DNA of 64,000 nucleotides from a virus: positions 9,186 to 73,185 of IMG/VR virus record IMGVR_UViG_3300049435_000050; one strand, given 5' to 3'. The translations under genes were made by a program, and so were the position numbers. Below, one piece after another: positions 1 through 9,718 of the stretch; position 1 is the stretch's first letter, and every line of letters begins with the position of its first letter. Under the pieces are notes generated by a model. The model made no database searches. It was not told where the DNA came from and was given only the letters and a program-made list of their open reading frames with translations.

Positions 1-90
1 TACATGGGTACAAACATCCTACAGGACACGTAAATGTGCCCACTGTGATAAATTACAACGCTTAGTCAGTGGAGAATGGGAGAGTATTAA

Positions 91-333
91 ATGAAGATAC
101 TTGGCAACAGAATACTCATTCAACCTACTGAACCAATAGATAAGCTTGAATCAGGTTTATTTCTCCCACAATCAGCCGTCCAAAAACCAAACACCGGCAC
201 AGTCATTGTAGTAGGTACACAAGCAGATGCATTATTAGAAGGTAAGACGGTTTTATACAATCCTGTTATAGCAATAGCTATAATTGATGGAAATCATTTA
301 ATTCATCCAACTGATATTAAATTTATTTTATGA
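91..333 (+). CDS. GroES/Cpn10-like co-chaperonin
   Basis: MKILGNRILIQP...ESGLFLPQSAVQKPNTGTVIVVG matches the GroES mobile-loop pattern; 80 aa. Confidence 0.85.
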   Translation: MKILGNRILIQPTEPIDKLESGLFLPQSAVQKPNTGTVIVVGTQADALLEGKTVLYNPVIAIAIIDGNHLIHPTDIKFIL

Positions 334-872
334 AACCCGAATTATCACAGAAATTAATACACGAATTCTTTGATTATAATAATGGATACTTATATTGGAA
401 AAAACCAGTTTCAAAATGTAGCCGCATAAAAATTGGTTCTAAAGCAGGGTCAGTAGCTATTGATAGAAGACGCGTCATACGATTTAATAATTGCTTATAC
501 CTATCATCCAGATTAATATTTTTATGGCATCATGGTTTTATGCCAGAATTCGTTGACCATATTGATAGAAATGGGGTAAATGATAAAATAGAAAATCTTA
601 GAGCTGCTACTCGTTTACAAAATAATCAAAATTCTACATCGAGAAAATATTCAACTTCAAAATATTTAGGAGTGCATATTTATATAGATAAGCGTCAAAG
701 AAAAAATGGGGTAAATAATGCTAAAACTAGATGCATTGCTTCTATTGGAATAAATTGCATAAAAACATACATTGGCATGTTTAAAACAGAGGTAGAAGCG
801 GCGCTTGCATACAATAGTGAGGCTGTTAAAAATCACAAAGAATTTGCAAATTTGAACATTATAAAGGTTTAA
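330..872 (+). CDS. HNH homing endonuclease with C-terminal AP2-like DNA-binding domain
   Basis: VDHIDRNGVNDKIENLRAAT..QNNQN (HNH), then SKYLGV...YIGMFKTEVEAALAYN (AP2). Confidence 0.88.
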   Translation: MKPELSQKLIHEFFDYNNGYLYWKKPVSKCSRIKIGSKAGSVAIDRRRVIRFNNCLYLSSRLIFLWHHGFMPEFVDHIDRNGVNDKIENLRAATRLQNNQNSTSRKYSTSKYLGVHIYIDKRQRKNGVNNAKTRCIASIGINCIKTYIGMFKTEVEAALAYNSEAVKNHKEFANLNIIKV

Positions 873-899
873 TTGTTATCTTAGCTTAAAAAAAAAATC

Positions 900-1106
900 A
901 TGGCAAGTAATATTAATGTATCGTATCCACCAGCAGTGGGTGCGGCAACCCCACCAACCGAACTAAAGTATTTTGGCAATGAATCAGCATCCACTAAGGA
1001 TAGCCTGATTAACTACGTAACAACGGCATTGCCAACAACCCCTGTAACGTGCTATCCGCATAACCGGGATTTACCTTTTAAGGGAATATCTGAATATCCT
1101 AGGTAG
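900..1106 (+). CDS. Hypothetical small protein
   Basis: 68-aa ORF with A-rich leader. Confidence 0.5.
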   Translation: MASNINVSYPPAVGAATPPTELKYFGNESASTKDSLINYVTTALPTTPVTCYPHNRDLPFKGISEYPR

Positions 1107-1154
1107 CTAAAAACAAATTACATAAATCTAACATTAGATAGTTAGATTTGTATC

Positions 1155-1451
1155 ATGAAGTTCAGACACCATCATAGTCCGCATCATCATCGCCATCACT
1201 ACTTTCACCGTGAGAACTTGGATGTGTACATTAATGGTAAATTAGTATTAATCATCAAAAACATTCAAAAAATGGCAACCATCTCAATTGACATCGAGGA
1301 CAACCAAGCAGACCTTGACACCCTCAAAACACAAATCGCAGACTCGGTAACAGCTTTATCTACTGCAATCGAGGCAGGTAATGCGGCTTTAGCATCTTTG
1401 CAATCGTTTCAAATTTCATTTACTGCAAGCGTAGTACCACCAACAGCTTAA
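1155..1451 (+). CDS. Small coiled-coil protein with His-rich N-terminus (alternative start at 1272)
   Basis: MKFRHHHSPHHHRHHYFHRE, then a heptad-like segment; TAGATTTG promoter-like element at 1143-1150. Confidence 0.55.
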   Translation: MKFRHHHSPHHHRHHYFHRENLDVYINGKLVLIIKNIQKMATISIDIEDNQADLDTLKTQIADSVTALSTAIEAGNAALASLQSFQISFTASVVPPTA

Positions 1452-1475
1452 AAGGCTTTTTAAATGCATTTGATT

Positions 1476-1501
1476 AGCCCTGTGAATACGGGGCTTTTTT
1501 T
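1476..1501 (+). terminator. Intrinsic terminator
   Basis: AGCCCTGT-GAAT-ACGGGGCT hairpin followed by a T-run. Confidence 0.75.
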
Positions 1502-1604
1502 ATTTGTATATGCGGGATCTTGTGATTAGATTTAGGTTCTCATCAGTAGGTTTAATAATTGGTTAATAAGGGGCAGCATGCGAAACTCAATCCGGCTGCC
1601 TTTT

Positions 1605-1781
1605 TTAGTGGATAAAATGCTGAGAAAAAATAATAAACCATCCAAAAATCATCAATAAGACTGCGCACAACCTGAATGCCCAATGAATTTGAAATTCAGG
1701 TCTATTTGGGATAAATGGAACGAATACTACCGCTGTGAAGTAAATAGTTCCTATCCATACGAAAATTGGTAAAGCGTTCAT
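1605..1781 (-). CDS. Small two-TM membrane protein, 58 aa (below ORF-track cut-off)
   Basis: Hand translation MNALPIFVWIGTIYFTAVVFVPFIPNRPEFQIHWAFRLCAVLLMIFGWFIIFSQHFIH, downstream of the portal. Confidence 0.45.
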   Translation of the reverse strand: MNALPIFVWIGTIYFTAVVFVPFIPNRPEFQIHWAFRLCAVLLMIFGWFIIFSQHFIH

Positions 1782-1812
1782 TGAAGTATAACATCCTATT
1801 TTTCAGAATGTT

Positions 1813-4149
1813 TTAGGCTATTTTACGGGGTTGTAACAATGACTCTAACTTAACTTTATTAAGTTGATTTTGTCCTTTTAAAATTTCCAACTGAATTTGT
1901 GAACGCATTTGGGCATCAAGTTTCTGCTGTTGCAGTGCTGCTTCTTGTTGTGCTGATTGTTGATTTAACTGAGCATCTGTTTGGCCTTTTGCTGCAACTG
2001 ACTGTTGTTGCATCTGTCCATTCATTTGGATAGATTGTTGTTGCTGCTGTGCATCCTGCTGTTCCCGTTTAGCAACTGCGAAAGCTGTATAAATTTGAGC
2101 CTGCTTTAATTTATCTGATCTGATCATGTTTTCTATGATGAGCATGTCCGATTCTGACATAGACTTCATACCGCCCTGACGCGAACTATTTCTCATTTGC
2201 ATTAGGTTTTCTAACATCAATGCCTTGTCACTGCTATTGAGGCCAGGCACCACCTGAGTATCAAAATCGTAGTCAAATATCTTTTCACTGACAGCCACAA
2301 TTTCCAGTGACCGTGATATGCTCAGTTTTTTCTTCTGTTCAGGAGTAGCATATTTAGCCACACACTGCCATTTGCTTGACACTACCTCATACGTTGCCTG
2401 TGTCATCTGCACCATGCCATTGATAAGCGGTGTTAATGAGTTTTGAGCACCTTCAAGTAATAACTTCGATACCCCAAGTCCTGTTTGTTCATGCGGTGTC
2501 TGTGCCGCGAAAATATCATTTACCCCTGTTACCTTTTCTATCATACCTATAACACGTCCCATATCTTCCCACCATGCCCCTATCATCTGCATGAGGTCTG
2601 TTCCTATTGGCACTACCGGCCTTCCTGCGCCTTGGTTTTGTCCCCATTGGTTCTTGGTATCCATCAATAGGTAGCCTTCGTCCTGTAGTATTTTTAGCAG
2701 TTGTTGTGGTTTGTAGCTTACCCCGTCTATCTTCATTCCCTCAAGTGCGCCCTTGTCTATAGCTAAGTTTGGCGGTGCAGGCATTTTAGCCCTTGCTACA
2801 CGCAGTTTTAGCATGATAAGCTGTGCATCATCTACGAAAGGAATAGAACGTTCTACGATGCTTGTAGAGCCTGTACGGGTGAATTTAAGTGGGAATAGCG
2901 GCCATTTTTTGCCGCCCTCTGTCTTGTAGTTGATGTCGGTATCCTCTCCATAGTCAAATGCGTAAGCCGACCCAAGTACCATACTGGCCTTATAAATGGT
3001 CATGTTGGAGTATGAGTCAACGGTTTTACCGTCTTTTATGCCCTGCTTGTCCAGTGTATAGTTTACGTCAACCTCGTTTACGACAAGTGAGCCTGTTCTT
3101 TTACTGGTTACGCTGGTTACCCTCTTTGACTTACTGCCTATCCAATAACCCCGAAATACGTCTACCTGGATCTGATCGATCATCCTGAAGTCAAACTGGT
3201 CATTGTTAGTTTGCAGTGAGGTGTAGAAATTGACTATGTTGTTGTCACGGTACTTGCTTGCTATCTCGACAATTTGCTTGTCGGTAAGTGTTGATGTCCT
3301 GCGAAGTTCCGATATGCTTATCCTATCCCACCATCCGCCCCAAGAGGCATCTCGGTAATCCCGATACTGACTGTGAGGGAACACGGCACGCTCAATATCC
3401 ACATATCCTTCTTCTACCTCGTTACTATTCGGGTTGGTGAATACGCGCCTCGCTGAATAGCCGCAAGTGATAAGGTCATCATTGATAAGATCCTCTATCC
3501 CTTCTGTCTTGCTGATATAGCGTGTGGTGTCAATCAGGTTTTCCAGTGACGCTTCTTCTTCAAGCATAAACAAGCCGATAGACTGCGCTAAATCAACATC
3601 TTCAGGTGAGTTTATAGGTACGGAGTTATTGGCTACAGGAGGCTTTGGCGGTGCAAGGTTTACAGTGTGGTTCTGGTTGATATTGGTAAGCATATTACCA
3701 AGACGTATATCAGTTACTATTTTGGCTATGGCAACTTTGGTCTTTTTGTCCATCAATGCCTCGTAGTCACTTGCCTGCACGTTGATGTCGTATTTATTTT
3801 TCATCAGGAAACCAAGCACTGCATCGCACTTCTGCGGTAGCACCTGTGTCATGTCCCATGAAATGTTTAGTGTTGTTTTGCGTTGCCCCGAATCATCAGG
3901 GAGTCCTATCATCCAGTTCTTATACTTGTTGATGTTGTTTCGCCCGTGTCGGTATGCCCTAAGTTCGGCTATTGACCTGCGTGTTCCCCATCCATCATAC
4001 GGTAATGAGCATCTGTTCATGAAGTATTTGGAACACATCGCGTTACACGCTGCTAAGAAATATCCCTCATCTTTTACCGGATTAGCCTCATCCGGGAAAG
4101 GATACGCATTATCACGCACATACTGGCTTGCATATTTTAATTTATCCAT
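1813..4149 (-). CDS. Portal protein (crAss-like), Q-rich C-terminus
   Basis: 778 aa next to terminase; LRAYRHGRNNINKYK, IEKVTGVNDIFAAQTP, GLGVSKL motifs typical of crAss-like portals; Q-rich coiled-coil tail. Confidence 0.85.
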   Translation of the reverse strand: MDKLKYASQYVRDNAYPFPDEANPVKDEGYFLAACNAMCSKYFMNRCSLPYDGWGTRRSIAELRAYRHGRNNINKYKNWMIGLPDDSGQRKTTLNISWDMTQVLPQKCDAVLGFLMKNKYDINVQASDYEALMDKKTKVAIAKIVTDIRLGNMLTNINQNHTVNLAPPKPPVANNSVPINSPEDVDLAQSIGLFMLEEEASLENLIDTTRYISKTEGIEDLINDDLITCGYSARRVFTNPNSNEVEEGYVDIERAVFPHSQYRDYRDASWGGWWDRISISELRRTSTLTDKQIVEIASKYRDNNIVNFYTSLQTNNDQFDFRMIDQIQVDVFRGYWIGSKSKRVTSVTSKRTGSLVVNEVDVNYTLDKQGIKDGKTVDSYSNMTIYKASMVLGSAYAFDYGEDTDINYKTEGGKKWPLFPLKFTRTGSTSIVERSIPFVDDAQLIMLKLRVARAKMPAPPNLAIDKGALEGMKIDGVSYKPQQLLKILQDEGYLLMDTKNQWGQNQGAGRPVVPIGTDLMQMIGAWWEDMGRVIGMIEKVTGVNDIFAAQTPHEQTGLGVSKLLLEGAQNSLTPLINGMVQMTQATYEVVSSKWQCVAKYATPEQKKKLSISRSLEIVAVSEKIFDYDFDTQVVPGLNSSDKALMLENLMQMRNSSRQGGMKSMSESDMLIIENMIRSDKLKQAQIYTAFAVAKREQQDAQQQQQSIQMNGQMQQQSVAAKGQTDAQLNQQSAQQEAALQQQKLDAQMRSQIQLEILKGQNQLNKVKLESLLQPRKIA

Positions 4150-4151
4150 TT

Positions 4152-4868
4152 TTATGCGTATTTTAAACTTGACCTATTTGGATATCTACCATTTAGCCAA
4201 TACCTTAATGTACTATCATTTATACCTATACTCTCCGCTGCTGTTAAAACAGAATTATAATAAATGCCATTCTCGAAATTTAATACAAGCTTTGCCCGTG
4301 AGTGAGATTCACTTAATTTTTGACGTTGCTCTAATGACATTATTTTGCCTTTATTAGGAGATACTCTGCCTTTAAGACCTTTGCTCATATTAATTCTTGA
4401 TTGCAATGTATGAACTCTGCCTTTATTAGGAGATGGCTTCCCCTTTCTTGCTAACGAAAGTTTCAATCTATGTTCATCTGTAAACTTTTTACCAAAGTTT
4501 GCATTTTTTTCACCTGACCTACTTCCAATACGTCTCTTTAAACTATTACCTGTAAGTAATCTATTGGCTGTACCTTTACCACCAGTTGTTAAATTCAACC
4601 CAAATTGATTATTTCCTCTCCATGAATTAAATTCTTTAATCCAAAAAATCTCTAACTCATGAGCAATTTTATAATCACATGTTTCTATAACAATGAATCT
4701 ACAAGTATCAAATGGATGTTTTTTTAATGCATCACGAAGTAATCTTTGCTCTGATGTTGGCTTCATTATTTGATAATCCCTTATTCTGAATTTAAGGTTT
4801 GAGGTACAGCCTACATATATCCTATTTGTCGGGGTAACTATTAAATAAATATATCCTAATTTCTCCAT
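4152..4868 (-). CDS. GIY-YIG homing endonuclease with NUMOD3/NUMOD1 motifs
   Basis: GYIYLIVTPTNRIYVGCT; repeated SPNKG..H/MS..R.K.S motifs; AT-rich insert between terminase and portal. Confidence 0.9.
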   Translation of the reverse strand: MEKLGYIYLIVTPTNRIYVGCTSNLKFRIRDYQIMKPTSEQRLLRDALKKHPFDTCRFIVIETCDYKIAHELEIFWIKEFNSWRGNNQFGLNLTTGGKGTANRLLTGNSLKRRIGSRSGEKNANFGKKFTDEHRLKLSLARKGKPSPNKGRVHTLQSRINMSKGLKGRVSPNKGKIMSLEQRQKLSESHSRAKLVLNFENGIYYNSVLTAAESIGINDSTLRYWLNGRYPNRSSLKYA

Positions 4869-4933
4869 TTTGGTGATTGAGCCGTATGGGGTATAAATGT
4901 AATAATTTTAATTTGATAATATAAATATACTAT

Positions 4934-7048
4934 TTATACCCTATAAACGGTAAACCAAGTGGCTTCTTTTGATTCTTCTACTTGCTCGTCTGGAAACCGT
5001 AAATAGACTTTTTCCTTGGCAAGTAATCCAAAACCCCCACAAACTCCTGTGTCATTTACAGTACGGGACTTCCTGGTTTTATTCAAACTCAACCATGCTA
5101 AAATAATACGTCTATGCTTAATTGCATTACTAAAATTCATCACATAATGGGCAATAGCCATAAAATATTGCTCAACGGTTTCCTCTGTGGCCGGAGTCCC
5201 CACTTGCTTTATACCCTTAGCCTCATATGCTTTATGATCAAATGTGCTTTCTGGCCTATCCATTAGGTATTCTGCATATCCTCGTGCCCTGAAATAACTT
5301 TTAATTGATCGTTTATTATTCTCTGTATTCATCTGCGTCCCATAATAAACATGCATCATAATCATGTCCTCAAAAAATACATTTGGATCATCTTCTCTAA
5401 ATAAATAATCTGCTACAAACTGATTAGTATCCCATTCCCACCCAAAATCTATTGGCGTACCATCGTCGTGCTTTTTGGCGCCATCGATCATGTCGTCGTA
5501 CATACGAAATATCATACCTGCCCCTTTAGATGCCCTATTAACATCTACTATTTCGGCTATATCATGTTCAAATGGGTCACAACTTCCGCGATAGTTTCTT
5601 ATATTTCCCGGATAGCGAGTTCCGCCAATTATAATGTGTTGGTTATCCTTACCATCTTTTAGCAATTGGCTTACTTCCCACTTCCCGTCATCACATGGTC
5701 TGAAAATAACTTTGGTGTCCCGTTGACCGTTTACCCACTCAAAGTTACCGCGTACTGTCCAATCTTTAGCAGGTAGCCCGTAGCTTTCAGGGTGGTCTAT
5801 TCTCTGTAAAATATCAATAAGGCGTTCCCTATTGAATGAACCTTTCTCCCCGCTTGGCGTTAATGCTTCTTCTATGGTTCTCGGTGATTTTCTTAGCAGG
5901 CTGCCTATAGCTTTCTCCTTGCCCTGTGCCCGTAAGTTGGCTATCTCCCGTTCCAATCTAACTTTTGCTTCTTCACGTTTAGGGAATCCCCAATCATCCG
6001 GCTCTGCCACATCTTCAACGGTGATGAATACCCGCCATAACCCTGTGGTGGTACGCCCATTCTCATTTAGCTGTTCCTGGTTGCTGTCGTGCCAAAATAA
6101 GTTTACCTCGTCAATCTGCTGGTCATCTATTTCCTCTATGCTTGACTCCACCCAACATTTACCTACGATCTGTGCGCCATCGAAGTAGTGTAGGGTTGGC
6201 TTAAATACCTCCCACCATTTTATCAGTGACATCGTTTCGAGCTTTCCTGCTTCGTTAAGGATACCCCTGTTGCTCTCCTGCCCGTCATAGGCGCTTGCTT
6301 TAGCAGGCTCAAAGTCGATCTTGCTTGACAGTTCTTCTTCACTGTACTTCACCTCGTCGGTATCGGCGTCCTTTTCTGCCATGCCCTTCATCTTGGCATC
6401 GGTCATGCGTTCTGACGGGTAACTGAACTCCAAACGATCTTCAGGGTCATCACTACCCTTGTGTACAGGCTTCATGAACCATATCATCTTCTTATTAGCC
6501 CTTGTGATGCGCTTGAAGTTTTTGTAAGCCTCGGTGTCGTTCTTGGACTGATTGTGCCCCTGAACGTTCCTTACACGGCTACAGAACTCATATTCCTCGC
6601 CTAATGTAAATTCAGTCTTACCACCACGGCGGGGGCCGATAAGGAACAGGCCATAGCAGTCTACGTCCCTTACCACCATGTTCCACAATTGGAAGATGCA
6701 GCACTGGAAGTAACGAAAGCCTGGATGTATGTTTTTTATTGTCCACCAGTAGTTAAGGAAGAAGTAATAAGGGCCGGTGAAGTAAATTGGTTTGCCTTTA
6801 ATGAGTATCCAAATGCCATTCTTGCGCTTGTGCCACTCGTTCTGTATCCATTCTTCCTCCTGTTGAGTGACTTTGTTTTTGCGCTGCTGCAGGGATTTGG
6901 GTATTTCGACATGCTTAAACTTTTGCTCCTTTTCAGGAAGTCCGTAGTTTACCATGTGCTTTAAGGGTGGCATTTTGGGTAGCGGTATTTTATACCCAGC
7001 AAATTCAGTATACCCTCCTACCTCTGACCAATCTGCTGTGTATTTCAA
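4934..7048 (-). CDS. terL: Terminase large subunit
   Basis: YFTGPYYFFLNYW, Walker A GPRRGGKT, Walker B-like ILNEAGK, nuclease region GSCDPF...TENNK. Confidence 0.9.
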   Translation of the reverse strand: MKYTADWSEVGGYTEFAGYKIPLPKMPPLKHMVNYGLPEKEQKFKHVEIPKSLQQRKNKVTQQEEEWIQNEWHKRKNGIWILIKGKPIYFTGPYYFFLNYWWTIKNIHPGFRYFQCCIFQLWNMVVRDVDCYGLFLIGPRRGGKTEFTLGEEYEFCSRVRNVQGHNQSKNDTEAYKNFKRITRANKKMIWFMKPVHKGSDDPEDRLEFSYPSERMTDAKMKGMAEKDADTDEVKYSEEELSSKIDFEPAKASAYDGQESNRGILNEAGKLETMSLIKWWEVFKPTLHYFDGAQIVGKCWVESSIEEIDDQQIDEVNLFWHDSNQEQLNENGRTTTGLWRVFITVEDVAEPDDWGFPKREEAKVRLEREIANLRAQGKEKAIGSLLRKSPRTIEEALTPSGEKGSFNRERLIDILQRIDHPESYGLPAKDWTVRGNFEWVNGQRDTKVIFRPCDDGKWEVSQLLKDGKDNQHIIIGGTRYPGNIRNYRGSCDPFEHDIAEIVDVNRASKGAGMIFRMYDDMIDGAKKHDDGTPIDFGWEWDTNQFVADYLFREDDPNVFFEDMIMMHVYYGTQMNTENNKRSIKSYFRARGYAEYLMDRPESTFDHKAYEAKGIKQVGTPATEETVEQYFMAIAHYVMNFSNAIKHRRIILAWLSLNKTRKSRTVNDTGVCGGFGLLAKEKVYLRFPDEQVEESKEATWFTVYRV

Positions 7049-7581
7049 ATTACTCCCTTCTGCATTGCGTTCTTCTCAGCGTACTGCAATAGCCTTGCTG
7101 TTTCCTGTCGTACTACTTTACGTGTTTCAGAATCGGGGAATATCTGCTTTTCGTAGTCTACAAGCGATTTGTGTATGTCGCCAAGTTGCTTTTCTATATT
7201 CATCCTTTCCCGTATCGACCGTTCCATATCATCAATGTCCATTGGCTGACGGATATAGCTGGTGATCTGGTGAAAGTTGATGAGCTTGGATTGCCAAATA
7301 ACGTAGGCAAGGTTATCCATGAGCATGAATAGGCTTGTAGCTATTTTGTTGTATTCTAAGTTTTCGCCCTCTGCTATTCTTGGGTATTCAGCGCCTACAT
7401 GCTTTAAAACTTTTTTGAGCCTTGACGCATAATCTTCCCTGTCGGCTAACAGGAATGGGCTGTCGTCGCTTATCATCCATATGGCTACCCTTAATAGCTT
7501 ATCGTCCTCTGTTATACCCTTTAGCGTAGGGTATCTTTCAACCATAGGTTCTTTACAATCAGCGTCATAACGCATACTCAA
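7045..7581 (-). CDS. Hypothetical helical protein, possible terminase small subunit
   Basis: 178 aa overlapping the terL start; positional inference only. Confidence 0.4.
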   Translation of the reverse strand: MSMRYDADCKEPMVERYPTLKGITEDDKLLRVAIWMISDDSPFLLADREDYASRLKKVLKHVGAEYPRIAEGENLEYNKIATSLFMLMDNLAYVIWQSKLINFHQITSYIRQPMDIDDMERSIRERMNIEKQLGDIHKSLVDYEKQIFPDSETRKVVRQETARLLQYAEKNAMQKGVI

Positions 7582-8341
7582 TGTCCTCCACTTTACCTGC
7601 TATATCCTTACGATGTATCACTTCAATATCCCTCAACTCGTCATTTCCTACCTCGTAGCTGATACGAAATCCCCTGTTTTTGTCGATAACTATCCTGTCA
7701 CCGTGTACCAATTCCATTTTTGGTTCATATTCATGTTCCAAATGCGATTTACACGGTTTATCAGCCGATAGTACTGTTCCTTTGTTGCATTCGTACTTAT
7801 TGTGCGTCCTTGTCAGTAAAATACCGCTTGAAAGTTCTAAACTGTCAGGCATCTGGTCTCGCAGGAAGAAAACGTATCCATTTACCGGGCGCAGGTCGTT
7901 ATTTTCGTACACCCCGTAAATCCTGTCCATTCTTACCATAACACATAGCCCGTAATCAGCCGTTCTAACGAGCCTTACCTCCGTTTCAGCATCTATTTGC
8001 TCCCTGTAGTCAAAGAATACCTTGTCGCCTACCTTAATGTCGAAATTCGCATCAAATTCAAGTGAGTTTCGTACCATTGCGTTAAATTCATCGCCATGTC
8101 CATCACCTTTATCAGCAAAAAACCACTTGTCTTGTGGCAACATTATCACTTTCCCGCTTATAGACAGGTATTTGCTCTTATCCTGATTAAAATAGCTTAG
8201 TTGTATGCTTACCTTCCCGTCAGATGTTGCTATTTCATGAAAATCATATGTTGAATCTGCCTTTATAAGTGCGTAGTTGAATGGAATTATGGCAGTTTTG
8301 AGATCAATAGTGTCAATCATATATTCAATAGTGTCAATCAT
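7565..8341 (-). CDS. Protein with two tandem GroES-like domains
   Basis: PFNYALIK...GKVI...IKVGDKVFF...RMDRIYG and PVNGYVFF...SSGILL...GTVL...HGDRIV...HRKDIAG. Confidence 0.7.
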   Translation of the reverse strand: MIDTIEYMIDTIDLKTAIIPFNYALIKADSTYDFHEIATSDGKVSIQLSYFNQDKSKYLSISGKVIMLPQDKWFFADKGDGHGDEFNAMVRNSLEFDANFDIKVGDKVFFDYREQIDAETEVRLVRTADYGLCVMVRMDRIYGVYENNDLRPVNGYVFFLRDQMPDSLELSSGILLTRTHNKYECNKGTVLSADKPCKSHLEHEYEPKMELVHGDRIVIDKNRGFRISYEVGNDELRDIEVIHRKDIAGKVEDIEYAL

Positions 8342-8354
8342 ATATTCAATAGTG
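8304..8354. repeat. 21-bp tandem duplication at a stop/start overlap
   Basis: TCAATAGTGTCAATCATATAT x2 plus TCAATAGTG; gives MIDTIEY-MIDTID. Confidence 0.95.
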
Positions 8355-9282
8355 AATTTATGCGTAATTTATTTATATCCGAAAGTAATAAATTTTCTTC
8401 AATATACTTACACCCCTGCGTATGCTTTTCTTTTAACAGAGCCTCATCTGAAATATATTCATAGAACTTATCCAATGGCATCACAAAATCTAAGTCAAAT
8501 TCAGGTAAATTTTTATTTCCAAAATAAGCACCCCCCACCAGATGACTTTCAATCATGCTTATATTTGATTTTCCTCTATTCAACATAGTGTCACATAATG
8601 GGAATATCATAGCTTTAGGTTTAAGTTGTTTTAGATATTGAAAATAATGTGTAATAGGCATACCCTCCACTGAATTGTAATTATCACCACAACGCTGTTC
8701 TAAATAGGTAAACCTATGCCCTATAAAATAAAAAGCCAATTCAGGGTGATTATTTACAATACCAGCTATTTGGTCAGCATTTTCGTACATATCCGCTTCA
8801 TGGGTGGATCCCCCGCGCCAAACTATGTTCTTTGTTTCGTTGCTTTTCGCACATTTACCAAGTATATCTTCATTCAAAGCGTTAGGAATTACTATCCCTT
8901 TACCGAATGACTTACGGACACTTTCGGTACTACACCACACCTCATCTGCCAATTTAATACACCTCAAAATAATTTCCCTTTGTTGGTGGTATTGGGCGAA
9001 TGTAGGATTGAAGAAATCAACATTAAGCACGTCATCATCATAGTCTAAAATTATTTTCAATCCACACATCTTGGCATTTTTTATCATTTGCAAACCGTTA
9101 GGCGTACCAGGCCGTTGTATAATGATAGCATCAGCTCCCTCTAAGTCCCATTGGCTTATTTGCCCGAAGTGCGATATGTCACGGGTGATAATGTCAGGGT
9201 GATTTATAAATGGGAGTACACCTGTAGTCCTATAAAAATCAGTGTTACCCCATGTGGAAGGCGAATAATAAAGTACTTGCAT
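8338..9282 (-). CDS. Glycosyltransferase, GT-B-like
   Basis: IIIQRP, IILDYDDD, ADEVWCST, IPNAL, VWRGGSTH, NRGKSNISMIE motifs. Confidence 0.8.
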   Translation of the reverse strand: MQVLYYSPSTWGNTDFYRTTGVLPFINHPDIITRDISHFGQISQWDLEGADAIIIQRPGTPNGLQMIKNAKMCGLKIILDYDDDVLNVDFFNPTFAQYHQQREIILRCIKLADEVWCSTESVRKSFGKGIVIPNALNEDILGKCAKSNETKNIVWRGGSTHEADMYENADQIAGIVNNHPELAFYFIGHRFTYLEQRCGDNYNSVEGMPITHYFQYLKQLKPKAMIFPLCDTMLNRGKSNISMIESHLVGGAYFGNKNLPEFDLDFVMPLDKFYEYISDEALLKEKHTQGCKYIEENLLLSDINKLRINSLLNI

Positions 9283-9330
9283 CTAAAAAAGTTATATATT
9301 TACTTAATTTTCACTTAATTTCATTTCAAA

Positions 9331-9555
9331 ATGGCAAACATTATCACGGTTTCAGCACAACTGCTAAACCACACACCCCCTTCAAGGGGACACAACATCG
9401 GGGTAGCATCAATTCTTGATGTTATTGACTACACTGGCACTGATTACCCTTTCATCAGGTCAATTGTCTACACATCAAATCCAGTATTAACAGCCCTTTA
9501 TTGTAATGCTCCGGCATCTGACATTAAGGTTTTAGCTAATGCTGCTTTGACCTAA
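9331..9555 (+). CDS. Hypothetical small protein, opposite strand within the GT cluster
   Basis: 74-aa ORF with A-rich leader and its own downstream hairpin. Confidence 0.55.
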   Translation: MANIITVSAQLLNHTPPSRGHNIGVASILDVIDYTGTDYPFIRSIVYTSNPVLTALYCNAPASDIKVLANAALT

Positions 9556-9562
9556 AATTATT

Positions 9563-9593
9563 CTCCCTCGTCATTGGCGGGGGAGTTTATTTT
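9563..9593. terminator. Probable bidirectional terminator
   Basis: CTCCCTCGTCA-T-TGGCGGGGGAG hairpin then TTTATTTT, between convergent genes. Confidence 0.65.
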
Positions 9594-9718
9594 ACATACC
9601 TCTAATTTATCCAACCACTCTTTTCTTAATTCATCAAGAGTAGAATGATCGAAATAATCATCACGCTGTACTGCATCTAAATATTCCTCCAATAATTCAA
9701 TAAAAAGTTCTTCCATTA

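Noticed and set aside
4152-4868. Group I intron or intein in terminase/portal
   Set aside because: The endonuclease is free-standing between two complete-looking ORFs; no splice-junction motifs were seen
2485-7265. Plus-strand ORFs overlapping portal and terminase
   Set aside because: Antisense shadows with no recognisable motifs
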